Assembly (NCBI GenBank): GCA_019240655.1
Contig: JAFAXX010000154.1
Location: 6,400-70,399 of the forward strand
Direction: 5' to 3'
DNA from: Solirubrobacterales bacterium
GTDB taxonomy: Bacteria > Actinomycetota > Thermoleophilia > Solirubrobacterales > Solirubrobacteraceae
Length of the DNA stretch: 64,000 nt
A program made the position numbers and the translations under genes. The notes under the pieces are model-generated. The model was not told where the DNA came from. It did no database searches and saw only the letters and a program-made list of their open reading frames with translations. Every line of letters begins with the position of its first letter. Position 1 is the stretch's first letter. This document shows positions 52,623 through 61,167 of this stretch, piece by piece.

Positions 52623-52794
52623 GCTGAGTAAGCACGACCCGCTGCGCGGCGGCGAATCTCCATAACAGTTGACGAGAGTTTCTTCTACAGCCTGTTCGCA
52701 CGCGTGGTTCGTGGGTAACAGCGAGCCTGCCAGTCAACTGGCTAATGCTGGGACTCTGTCCTCGATTGCACCCGTCAACCGGCAGGAGCGACAC

Positions 52795-53004
52795 ATGAAC
52801 AACTGGCTCGATACCGCCGCCGTGGCGCTGGCAGGAGTGGGAGCGGTGAATTGGGGTCTGGTGGCGGCCCGCCGCTTCGACCTCGTCGCCAAGCTGACCG
52901 GAAGCGACTTCGGCGAGACCAACGCCGTCAGCCGTTTGGTCTACGGCCTGGTGGGCGCGGCGGGAGCCTACGGGCTCGCACGGCTGATCACCGCCGGCCT
53001 GTAG
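52795..53004 (+). CDS. DUF378 small membrane protein
   Basis: From ATG 52795 (SD GGAG): LAGVGAVNWGLVA..FDLVA........VSRLVYGLVGAAGAYGL. Confidence 0.8.
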   Translation: MNNWLDTAAVALAGVGAVNWGLVAARRFDLVAKLTGSDFGETNAVSRLVYGLVGAAGAYGLARLITAGL

Positions 53005-53155
53005 ACGCGCGGCCCGCCGGCGCCGCACCGGTCGCTTAACCGCGTGCGCTCGCCCGGTCCGCTCGCCGCCGGCCGCCGCACCGGTCGCTGAACTACGTTG
53101 GCCCGCTCGTAGGCGAACGACCGGGCACGATCCCACCCCGCGGGGGATTCGAGGA

Positions 53156-53584
53156 CTACTTGATCGACCGCCCCGAGGCGGCGATCGCCGGCCAGTAGCC
53201 ACCCGACTGATAGATGTTGATGTTCCTGGTCTCGCCCGCGGCATGATCGCCGATGTAGGTGTAGAGCGGATGGCCGGCGTAGGTCACCTGCTTGCCGACG
53301 CCGGGGACGGTGATCGTGCCGATCAGGCGGCGATTGACCCCCCGGCCGGCGGTGGGGTGAGCGGAGGCGAGCGCCGGCCACACATACAGGCAGCCGGAGA
53401 GCTTGACGCAGACGTCGCGGTTGCGGCTGTCCCGGCTGAAGGTGTAGAGGGTGTACCCGCGGCTGTTGACGAGGATCGTTCCGACCCCGGTCTGGCGCAG
53501 CTGCAGCGTCGGACGTGCGCTGGCGAAGGCGGACCCGCCGGCCAGCGAACCGATGAAGACCAGCACCAGCAAGCGACTACGCAC
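53156..53584 (-). CDS. Secreted protein of the COG4315/PF03640 'secreted repeat' family
   Basis: GTG 53584, then signal LLVLVFIGSLAGGSAFASA. Two repeats of the G..L....G.TLY.F..D and G.PLYTY.GD pattern. Confidence 0.7.
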   Translation of the reverse strand: MRSRLLVLVFIGSLAGGSAFASARPTLQLRQTGVGTILVNSRGYTLYTFSRDSRNRDVCVKLSGCLYVWPALASAHPTAGRGVNRRLIGTITVPGVGKQVTYAGHPLYTYIGDHAAGETRNINIYQSGGYWPAIAASGRSIK

Positions 53585-53741
53585 GACACCCTCCTCAGAC
53601 TCGTAATCGGTGGCGCTCACCGGCCTCAGGCGCCTCTACACCTGCGCTCACACGGGCAGGCAGCGCCAACGCTATCAAGCGCCGCCTGGATAGCCGGGTG
53701 TTCCTAGCCGCGCGGGGAGCACGACGATGCCCGCGGCATGA

Positions 53742-55352
53742 TTGAATCCGCGCGGAACGGAGTCGAGCTTGGGAGCCGAGCTGAAACGGACGATCATCGG
53801 TGCGGCGATCGCCGTCGCCCTCACGTTGGCGATGCTGGTCCCGGCGGCCGCCGCCGCCTCAGACGGAGTCGAGCACCTGCACTTCGCGGCTGGGCCCTAC
53901 CGGGTGATACCGGGCGCCAACCTGATCCTCGATCAGCTGAACAACGTCCCGAAGCCGACGGTCAACGGCTTCATGGTCCGGATGAAGCCGAACCTGGTGT
54001 ACGCGCAGCCGAACGGGAAATGCTGCGGGAAGGTTCCGTCCACCTCGGTCATCCATCTCCATCACGGCGTCTGGTTGAGCAACGGCGCCGCCGGCCAGGG
54101 CGAGGGCGAGGGAACTTCCTACGGAGGCTTCTATCCGTTCATGGCCGCCGGCGAGGAAAAGACGACGTACGAGTTCCCACCCGGCTTCGGCTATCCGATC
54201 GGCGCCGGCGACAAATGGATCCTCAACTACATGATCCATAACCTCACCGACAAGCCGAAGTCCGTCTACATCACCTACGACATCGATTTCGTACCCGAGA
54301 CCTCCGCCGTGGCCTCGACGATCGCTCCGATCCACCCGATCTGGATGGACGTCGAGGACGATCACATCTATCCCGTCTTCAACGTGCACCGGCACAGCGG
54401 GCGCGACGGCAGGTTCACCTTCCCCGACATGGCGAAGAATCCGTACGGCGGCGGACGGCCGCTCAACCTGTTCACGGTCGACCATCCGGGCACACTGGTC
54501 GCCACGGCCGGCCACCTGCACCCGGGCGGCCTCTACGACGAACTCGATCTCCTGCGTCCGGGCGCGCGGCCGCGCCCCGGCACGACTCCGGGGAGCGTGC
54601 CCGGCTCGGTCCGCCTGTTCCGCTCTTACGCGAGGTACTGGGACCCACACCACGCCCCGGTGTCATGGGACGTGTCGATGACGGCGACGCGGGCAGACTG
54701 GCGACCGGCGGTCAAGTCGGGCGACGTCCTTCGCATCAGCGCGACCTACGAGACCAAGCTCGCCTCGTGGTACGAGGTGATGGGCATCATGGTGGTGTGG
54801 GAGCAGTGGAACAGCGACCAGGGCATCGATCCCTTCTCGCATCGACTCGATCAGGTCGGAGAGGTCACTCACGGTCACCTGCCCGAGAACTTCGACTACG
54901 GCGGCACGCAGTTCCTCGGTGTCAATCCCACCTCCGCGCCGCTGTGTGACACCCACAAGGTGCTGATCGCCGGGTTCAGCTACATCCCGGTCACCAGGGG
55001 CAACTCGAACTGCGATCCGACGATCAGGCGGGGTCAGTCGCTCACCTTCGTCAACGCGGATGCCAGCGCCAGCCCGCTGAGCAAGTTGAACCCGATCGCG
55101 CCGGACGCGCTATACCTGGCGTCGGTCTTCCACACGGTGACCTCGTGCGCCGGCCCCTGTCGGCTGAATTACGGCATTGCCTATCCACTCTCCAACGGAG
55201 CAGGCGATTACGACTCGGGCGAGCTCGGGATCGGAACGCCCGGCGTCGGGCGGGTGAGCTGGAGCACCCCGACGACGCTGGGGCCGGGCACCTACACCTA
55301 TTACTGTCGCATTCACCCGTGGATGCGCGGAGTGTTCCGCATCCTCGGATAA
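53742..55352 (+). CDS. Secreted copper protein: PHM/DBH-like Cu2-monooxygenase-type core plus a C-terminal amicyanin-like cupredoxin domain
   Basis: Signal peptide ...LVPAAAAAS. Motifs: VIHLHHGVW, FPPGFGYPIGAGDKWILNYMIHNL, GHLHPGG and WYEVMGIM. C-terminal VFHTV...YYCRIHPWM has C-x2-H-x2-M spacing. The start is TTG 53742 or TTG 53769. Confidence 0.7.
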   Translation: MNPRGTESSLGAELKRTIIGAAIAVALTLAMLVPAAAAASDGVEHLHFAAGPYRVIPGANLILDQLNNVPKPTVNGFMVRMKPNLVYAQPNGKCCGKVPSTSVIHLHHGVWLSNGAAGQGEGEGTSYGGFYPFMAAGEEKTTYEFPPGFGYPIGAGDKWILNYMIHNLTDKPKSVYITYDIDFVPETSAVASTIAPIHPIWMDVEDDHIYPVFNVHRHSGRDGRFTFPDMAKNPYGGGRPLNLFTVDHPGTLVATAGHLHPGGLYDELDLLRPGARPRPGTTPGSVPGSVRLFRSYARYWDPHHAPVSWDVSMTATRADWRPAVKSGDVLRISATYETKLASWYEVMGIMVVWEQWNSDQGIDPFSHRLDQVGEVTHGHLPENFDYGGTQFLGVNPTSAPLCDTHKVLIAGFSYIPVTRGNSNCDPTIRRGQSLTFVNADASASPLSKLNPIAPDALYLASVFHTVTSCAGPCRLNYGIAYPLSNGAGDYDSGELGIGTPGVGRVSWSTPTTLGPGTYTYYCRIHPWMRGVFRILG

Positions 55353-55506
55353 GGACCGGACCAGGCAGGCTGCGGCCGGCGCGCGCGACGCTACCGCGAC
55401 CGACGCCGATCCACGGCGCCCCTGGCGCGCGTTTTCGCACCGTAAATCACCGCACTATCGAGCGCTGACCGCTGCCGGGGGCTGCGATAGCCTATGCCCT
55501 CCACCG

Positions 55507-55707
55507 ATGAGAGGGGGGATCCCCGTGGCCAACGCCAAGTTCGTGATCTACAAGGACCACGCGGAGAAGTACCGCTGGCGCCTCGTCTCGACGAACGGCC
55601 AGACGACCGCCAGCTCGGGCGAGAGCTTCGCCTCACACGGCGACGCCAAGCGCGCCGCCGAGCACGTAAAGGAGCACGCCGCGACGGCGGACGTCGTCGA
55701 CGAGTAG
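55507..55707 (+). CDS. YegP/DUF1508 (UPF0339) family protein
   Basis: AKFVIYKDHAEKYRWRLVSTNGQTTASSGESFASHGDAKRAAEHVKE. The start may be GTG 55525. Confidence 0.8.
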   Translation: MRGGIPVANAKFVIYKDHAEKYRWRLVSTNGQTTASSGESFASHGDAKRAAEHVKEHAATADVVDE

Positions 55708-55850
55708 GCACCGGTCGCCGCCACACCAGCGGGGCCGCGCTTCGCGCGGCGTCCTTGGGGCCGGTCATCCGCACGCCTTGTCGGGCGGGCGCGCTCGGCT
55801 GGCGCCCGGTGTTGCACTCGGCCCCCGCCGCGGGCGTTGAGCTGCCGTTC

Positions 55851-56855
55851 TCAGAACGGCGAGGAGCTGGCGAGGCCGAGCGCGCGGCCGAGGTCGAGAG
55901 GCCAGCTGCCGTCGTCGAGCCACGGACGCCCGATCCACAGGTAGGCGTCGGCGTAGCGCGCGGCCAGCGCCCGGGCGCGCGCCGACAGCCGCCAGCGACG
56001 GTCGGCCACGTGCCAGGTCGGAGGGATGCCGAGGGTCGCGCAGACGGTGTCCGTGCGGTCTCGGCAGACGCGCGGGTTGTCGCGGTTGCCGCGGTACTGC
56101 CCGTAGAGGAACGGGGCTCCGTTCTCGGCGGTGTTGATCACCAGATGCTTGCCGGTGATTCCCAGGCGGCCGAGGCGCCGCTCGATCTGCGCGCCGAACC
56201 GGAGCTCGTTCGCGGTGCTGTCGTACTGCGTGGCGTTGAGCGCGAAGCCACGGACCTGGCCGATCCCGGCTTGGCGCAGCAGCCGGGCGGTCCGCGCCGG
56301 CGAGGTCCAGTAGGCGGCGCCGGCATCGATGTAGACAGTGGTGTGCGGCAGCGCGCTGAAACGAGCGGTGGCGTAGGCGACCAGCTCGAGGGGCGTGCGC
56401 GAGGGGGCGCAGAGTGCGAACGGGAGGTCCGGCTGGAGGATGAGCGCGACCCGCGCGGTCCCGATGCCCGCGGCGAAGTCGTCGATCCACTTCTCGTAGG
56501 CGCCCTGCTGCGCGGCGTTCGGCGTGCTCGAGCATGCCGCCGCCTCCCACGGGTCGAGGCGAAACACCGTAAGCTGGGCAAGCTCGTCGGGGTTGCCGCC
56601 CGTGTCCTGCGCGATGTACTGCGCCGCCGCGGCGCGGGCGGAGGCCTCCGAGTACCAGGCGCCGAACCAGTAGGCCAGGGGCTCGAGCGCGATCTTGGCC
56701 AGCAACGCGCGTTCCCGGCCGGTGGCCGCCTGATAGGCGGGGTAGACGCCGTCGATGCTGCCCGTGTAGTGGCCCCACCTCATGCCGGCCAGTGGGTTGG
56801 CGGCAACCGCGCCGCGCAGCCCGGCGTTGGCCGTGCCGGCGCGCGCCGCCGGCAC
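55851..56855 (-). CDS. Glycoside hydrolase family 6-like protein (divergent)
   Basis: From memory, the following match GH6 blocks: YEKWIDDFAAGIG..RVALILQPDLPFAL, VYIDAGAAYW, RGFALNATQYDST, LVINTAENG and YLWIGRPWLDDG. The RDC and EPD/PGESDG residues are substituted. See the finding on the missing start codon. Confidence 0.65.
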   Translation of the reverse strand: MPAARAGTANAGLRGAVAANPLAGMRWGHYTGSIDGVYPAYQAATGRERALLAKIALEPLAYWFGAWYSEASARAAAAQYIAQDTGGNPDELAQLTVFRLDPWEAAACSSTPNAAQQGAYEKWIDDFAAGIGTARVALILQPDLPFALCAPSRTPLELVAYATARFSALPHTTVYIDAGAAYWTSPARTARLLRQAGIGQVRGFALNATQYDSTANELRFGAQIERRLGRLGITGKHLVINTAENGAPFLYGQYRGNRDNPRVCRDRTDTVCATLGIPPTWHVADRRWRLSARARALAARYADAYLWIGRPWLDDGSWPLDLGRALGLASSSPF

Positions 56856-56942
56856 GGTCGCGGCCAGCGTCGTCCCGGTGAGGAGGAGGGCGACGGTTAG
56901 GGCGACGCGAAGGTGCGTTCCGAGCCGGCTGACGCTCGCAGG

Positions 56943-58259
56943 TTAACGCGGGCGAGCGTCGGCTCCGAGTGCGGCCAGCGCGTGGTCCATCGCCTCGGCG
57001 ATCTGGGCGAGGTGCTCCTCGCCGATCGTGAGCGGCGGCGACACCGCGACCGCTCGCCCGAGCGCGCGCACGAGCACGCCCCGCTCGCGGGCGTGCCCCA
57101 CCACGCCCGCGACCGCGTCGGGTCGGTGGGTGAGGATCTCATCGGTCAGCTCGACCGCCGCCAGCAGTCCGACGCCCCCGCGCACCTCGGCCACCGCCTC
57201 ATGCGCGGCGAGCGGTCGCAGGGCATCGAGCAGCCGCTGCTCGAGCCGCCGCCCGCGCTCCAGCAGCCCATCCCGCCCGAGCAGCGCGATGTTGGCCAGC
57301 GCCGCGGCGCAGCAGGTGGTGTGGGCGGCGTAGGTGGCGCCGTGGCGGAACGTCGGGCCGCCCGGCGCGTGCCAGAACGGCTCCGCCACCCGGTCCGAGA
57401 TGAGGACGCCCCCGAGCGGCAGGTAGCCGCTGGTCACGCCCTTGGCGAACACGATCATGGCCGGGGAGACGTCCCAGCGCTCGATTCCGAACCAGGTCCC
57501 GAGCCGGCCGAATCCGCAGATCACCGAGTCGACGATCAGCAGCACGCCGGTGCGCTCGCACAGGGCTGCCAGGCCCTCGATGTAACCCGGCACCGGGGGG
57601 TAGACGCCGCCGGCTCCGATCACCGGCTCGACGAACACGCCGGCCACCCGCTCGACCCCGACGCGTTCGAGCTCGATCTCCATCGCCTCGAGGGAATCGT
57701 GGGGAACCTGGATCGTCTCGACCTGGGGGCCGAAGCCCTCGCGGTTGGCCGGGATGCCGGCCAGCGCGGTGCCGAAGCCGTGGGTGCCGTGATAGGCGGA
57801 GGTCCGGCTGACCAGGAGCGTGCGCTCGGGCTGCCCAACCTCGAACCAGTAGCGCCGTGCCGCCTTCGCCGCCGTCTCGACGCCGTCGCCTCCGCCAGAG
57901 CCCAGAAACACCCGCGAGGGCATCGGCGCGAGGTCTGACAGCAGCTCGGCAAGCTCGAGCGCCGGCTCGCTGGCGAAGTCGCCGAAGGCCGAATACGCCT
58001 CGAGGCTTCGCATCTGCGCCGCCACGGCATCGGCGATCTCGGCGCGGCCGTGGCCGACGTTGGCATACCAGAGGCTCGCAGTGGCATCGAGGTAGCGGCG
58101 ACCGTCGCGATCCCACACCCAGACATCCTCGCCGCGCACCAGCACGAGCTCGCTACGGCGGACCGCGCCCATGTCGGCGAACGGATGCCAGAACCGGCTG
58201 TCGACGGCGACTGCCACGGGGTCGCACTCTACCCGCCGCTCCTGTGCCGGACCGTTCAA
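56943..58259 (-). CDS. Class-III (omega) aminotransferase
   Basis: Contains GSGGGDGVETAAKAARRYW, AYHGTHGFG, DSVICGFGRLGTWFG and FAKGVTSGYLPLGG. Confidence 0.88.
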   Translation of the reverse strand: MNGPAQERRVECDPVAVAVDSRFWHPFADMGAVRRSELVLVRGEDVWVWDRDGRRYLDATASLWYANVGHGRAEIADAVAAQMRSLEAYSAFGDFASEPALELAELLSDLAPMPSRVFLGSGGGDGVETAAKAARRYWFEVGQPERTLLVSRTSAYHGTHGFGTALAGIPANREGFGPQVETIQVPHDSLEAMEIELERVGVERVAGVFVEPVIGAGGVYPPVPGYIEGLAALCERTGVLLIVDSVICGFGRLGTWFGIERWDVSPAMIVFAKGVTSGYLPLGGVLISDRVAEPFWHAPGGPTFRHGATYAAHTTCCAAALANIALLGRDGLLERGRRLEQRLLDALRPLAAHEAVAEVRGGVGLLAAVELTDEILTHRPDAVAGVVGHARERGVLVRALGRAVAVSPPLTIGEEHLAQIAEAMDHALAALGADARPR

Positions 58260-58298
58260 ACCCCTCGCGCCGCCTGCTCCACGGCGTCCCCCGACGGG

Positions 58299-58760
58299 TC
58301 AGTCGGCGTCGTTGCCGGAACGGCCTCGGCGCGCGCGCCGGCTCGGCCGCCGCTCCAGCCCGGCCATAGCCTTGGCGAGCTCCGCCGGCTCCCGCAGAGC
58401 CCCGATCGTCCGGTCGAACAGGTCGGCCTGCGTCTTCATCAGGCTCGCCGTGTCCTGGAGCCCGCGCCCGGCCGCCTCGAGCGCCTCGGCCTGGCGGCGC
58501 AGCATCAGCCCGCTTTCCTCGAGCAGGTCGAATGCCGCGTCGAACGGCGCGAGCAGCTGTCCGGCCAGCCGTCTCTGCAGGCCCCGCTCCCGATCGAACA
58601 CCTCCTGCACTAGCTCGAGTTGGCGCTGCAACGGCTCGAGCAGCTGGCCCGGCACGTCGGCGCCCTCGCCGACCGTCCTGGCCGAGGCGACCACCGAGTC
58701 CATCAACTTCTGCCACTCGCGCAGCAGATCGCGGCCGCCGCGCTCAGCCAAGGCCGGCAA
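58299..58760 (-). CDS. Hypothetical coiled-coil protein
   Basis: 153 aa, helical and Leu/Glu/Arg/Gln-rich (phasin-like feel), with a basic tail. TTG start, uncertain. Confidence 0.45.
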   Translation of the reverse strand: MPALAERGGRDLLREWQKLMDSVVASARTVGEGADVPGQLLEPLQRQLELVQEVFDRERGLQRRLAGQLLAPFDAAFDLLEESGLMLRRQAEALEAAGRGLQDTASLMKTQADLFDRTIGALREPAELAKAMAGLERRPSRRARRGRSGNDAD

Positions 58761-59037
58761 CCCTGATCAGCACTCGCGCCGGACGTGCCGGCGACGCGAG
58801 CGAGAGGAACTCTCGTACGACCCCGTGGTGGCGGCAGAAGGGGCAGGCGAGCGGGTCCGAGAGCGACAGTGGCTCTGGCCCCGGCGCGACTGGAGCATCA
58901 CAACGGGCGCACGCCAAAGTCCCCGTGCCCAGCCGTCCGTCGCAGACCGCCGGCCGGAGTTCCCGGTGCTCGCGGACGGCACGGGCCTCCGGCGGCCAGC
59001 CGCTGGCAAGCGATGGGTCTCTGCTGCCGGGAAGCAT
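58744..59037 (-). CDS. Hypothetical small Cys-pair (zinc-ribbon-like) protein
   Basis: From ATG 59037: ...LACARCDAPV...LACPFCRHHGVVREF. It overlaps the downstream ORF by 17 nt. Weak. Confidence 0.3.
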   Translation of the reverse strand: MLPGSRDPSLASGWPPEARAVREHRELRPAVCDGRLGTGTLACARCDAPVAPGPEPLSLSDPLACPFCRHHGVVREFLSLASPARPARVLIRVAGLG

Positions 59038-59171
59038 CGCCTGAGCAGTGTAGGGCCCCCCGACGGTTGCCCCGATCGTCCCGGCCGCGCGGGCGCGCAC
59101 ACGCGGCGACCGGCGCGGAGCGCTCGGCAAGCCGGTCGGCACTTCGGTCGCGATCAGGCGATACTGCCGCG

Positions 59172-59564
59172 ATGAGCCAGCGCAACGTCCTCGGAGGGCG
59201 ACTCGAGAGCTGTGGGCACGACCCGCTCACCGGGTTCTACCGCGACGGCTCCTGCCACACCGGTCCCGAAGACAGCGGCAGCCACACGATCTGCGCCGTG
59301 GTCACGGCCGAGTTCCTCGATCATCAGCGGCGGATCGGCAACGATCTGACCACCCCGATCCCGGAATTCCGCTTCCCCGGCCTGGCCCCCGGCGACCGCT
59401 GGTGCGTCACCGCCGTCAACTGGCTGCGGGCTCACGAGGCCGGCGCGGCGGCCTACGTCGTGCTTGCCTCGACCCACGAGCGCGCGCTCGAGATCGTGTC
59501 GCTGGAGATCCTGCGCGAGCACGCCGTCGACGTGCCGGCCGATCCGGGCGCGCTCGGAACTTGA
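59172..59564 (+). CDS. DUF2237 family protein
   Basis: From ATG 59172: NVLGGRLESCGHDPLTGFYRDGSCHTGPEDSGSHTICAVVTAEFL...GDRWCVTAVNW. Confidence 0.8.
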   Translation: MSQRNVLGGRLESCGHDPLTGFYRDGSCHTGPEDSGSHTICAVVTAEFLDHQRRIGNDLTTPIPEFRFPGLAPGDRWCVTAVNWLRAHEAGAAAYVVLASTHERALEIVSLEILREHAVDVPADPGALGT

Positions 59565-59643
59565 GGCACAATCCGCGTTACGCGGGTAGCCTGCATGGAC
59601 GCGGCACCGTCGCACCCGAGACGCACCCGAGGAGGATTGAAAC

Positions 59644-61167
59644 ATGCAGACCCTGAGCCCGCTCGACGCCTCGTTCCTGCACATCGAGGACGCGGCGACC
59701 CACATGCACATCGGTTCGGTAGGCATCTTCGAGGGGCCGCCGCCCGGCCCCGGAGAGGTCAAGCAGGCGATCGCCGAGCGGCTGCCGCTCGTGCCGCGGT
59801 ACCGCCAGAAGGTGCGCTTCGTGCCGTTCGCGCTCGGCCGGCCTGCGTGGGTCGATGATCCGCACTTCAACCTCGACTACCACGTCCGGCGCACCGCCCT
59901 GCCGTCCCCGGGCGGCGACGAGGAGCTCCGCAACCTGGTCGGCCGCGTGATGTCCCAGCAGCTGGACCGCACCAAGCCACTGTGGGAGCTGTGGGTGGCC
60001 GAGGGGCTCGGTGACGGGCGGTGGGCGCTGATCTCGAAGTCGCACCACTGCATGGTCGACGGCGTCTCGGCGACCGACCTGCTCAGCGTGATCCTGAGCA
60101 AGGAGCGGCAGCCCGAGAGCCGCCCGGCTCCCGAGTGGCGACCCGATCCGGAACCTGGCGCGCCCGAATTGATCGCCCATGCGCTCGCGCTGCGTGCGCT
60201 CAGCCCGTACGAGGCCACGCGCACCCTCCTGTCGGCGGCGCGCGGGCCGCGGCGGGCCGCCCGCAAGGCCGTGGACACCACCCGCGGCCTGGTCAACTTT
60301 CGCTCGCTGCTCACCCCCAACCCCGCCAGCTCGCTCAACGGCCCGGTCGGTCCGCATCGCCGCTGGGACTGGGCGCGGGCGCGCCTGTCCGACATCAAGG
60401 AGATTCGCGCCGAGCACGGCGGGACGATCAACGACGTCGTGCTGGCGGTGATCGCCGGCGGCTTCCGCGAATTGCTCCTATCGCGGGGCGAGGACGTCGA
60501 GGGACGCTTCATCCGCACGCTGGTCCCGGTGTCGGTGCGCACCGAGGACGAGCGCGGCACGTACAACAACAAGGTCTCGGCGATGTTCGCCGAGCTGCCG
60601 ATCTGCCTCGATGACCCGGTCGACCGGCTGCGCTCGGTGCACGAGCAGATGCAGGAGCTCAAGCAGTCGGGCCAGGCGGTGGCGGCCGAACGCCTGACCG
60701 CGCTGAGCGGATTCGCGCCGGCGATGCTGCTCGCGTTGTCCGGCCGGGTCGGCACCCGGTTGCCGCAGGCCAGCGTCAACACCGTGACTACGAACGTTCC
60801 CGGACCGCAGCAGCCGCTCTACCTGGTCGGCAGGCGGATGCTCGAGGCGTTCCCGTTCGTGCCGCTGGGCGGCCACGTCAGGGTCGGCGTGGCGATCTTC
60901 TCCTACGACGGGGGGATCAACTTTGGGGCGACCGGTGACGCCGACACCGCACCGGATATCGCCGTCCTCTGCCGGGGGATCGAGCGGAGCGTCGGCGAGC
61001 TCCGGCGCAAGCCGCCGAGCCCGCCGGCCGAACGCGTCGATGGCCCCTCGGCCGAGAGCGCTCGCGGCCGGTCCAGGCGGCCGGGGAACCGGTCGGGCAA
61101 GGCCGGCGCTGCTGCAGCGTCCTCACGCCGGCGCGGCTCGAGCCAGGTCGAATTGCCCAAGCAGTGA
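59644..61167 (+). CDS. Wax ester synthase/diacylglycerol acyltransferase (WS/DGAT)
   Basis: Good SD (GAGGAGG). Contains MQTLSPLDASFLHIED, the active site HHCMVDGVSATDL and NVPGP. Confidence 0.88.
   Translation: MQTLSPLDASFLHIEDAATHMHIGSVGIFEGPPPGPGEVKQAIAERLPLVPRYRQKVRFVPFALGRPAWVDDPHFNLDYHVRRTALPSPGGDEELRNLVGRVMSQQLDRTKPLWELWVAEGLGDGRWALISKSHHCMVDGVSATDLLSVILSKERQPESRPAPEWRPDPEPGAPELIAHALALRALSPYEATRTLLSAARGPRRAARKAVDTTRGLVNFRSLLTPNPASSLNGPVGPHRRWDWARARLSDIKEIRAEHGGTINDVVLAVIAGGFRELLLSRGEDVEGRFIRTLVPVSVRTEDERGTYNNKVSAMFAELPICLDDPVDRLRSVHEQMQELKQSGQAVAAERLTALSGFAPAMLLALSGRVGTRLPQASVNTVTTNVPGPQQPLYLVGRRMLEAFPFVPLGGHVRVGVAIFSYDGGINFGATGDADTAPDIAVLCRGIERSVGELRRKPPSPPAERVDGPSAESARGRSRRPGNRSGKAGAAAASSRRRGSSQVELPKQ

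Noticed and set aside
52666-52740. An 8-bp inverted repeat, CAGTTGAC...GTCAACTG, in the 125-nt leader of the DUF378 gene, considered as a possible riboswitch or operator.
   Set aside because: The arms are short and about 60 nt apart, and I know of no RNA family for it. An 8-mer match at this distance may be chance.
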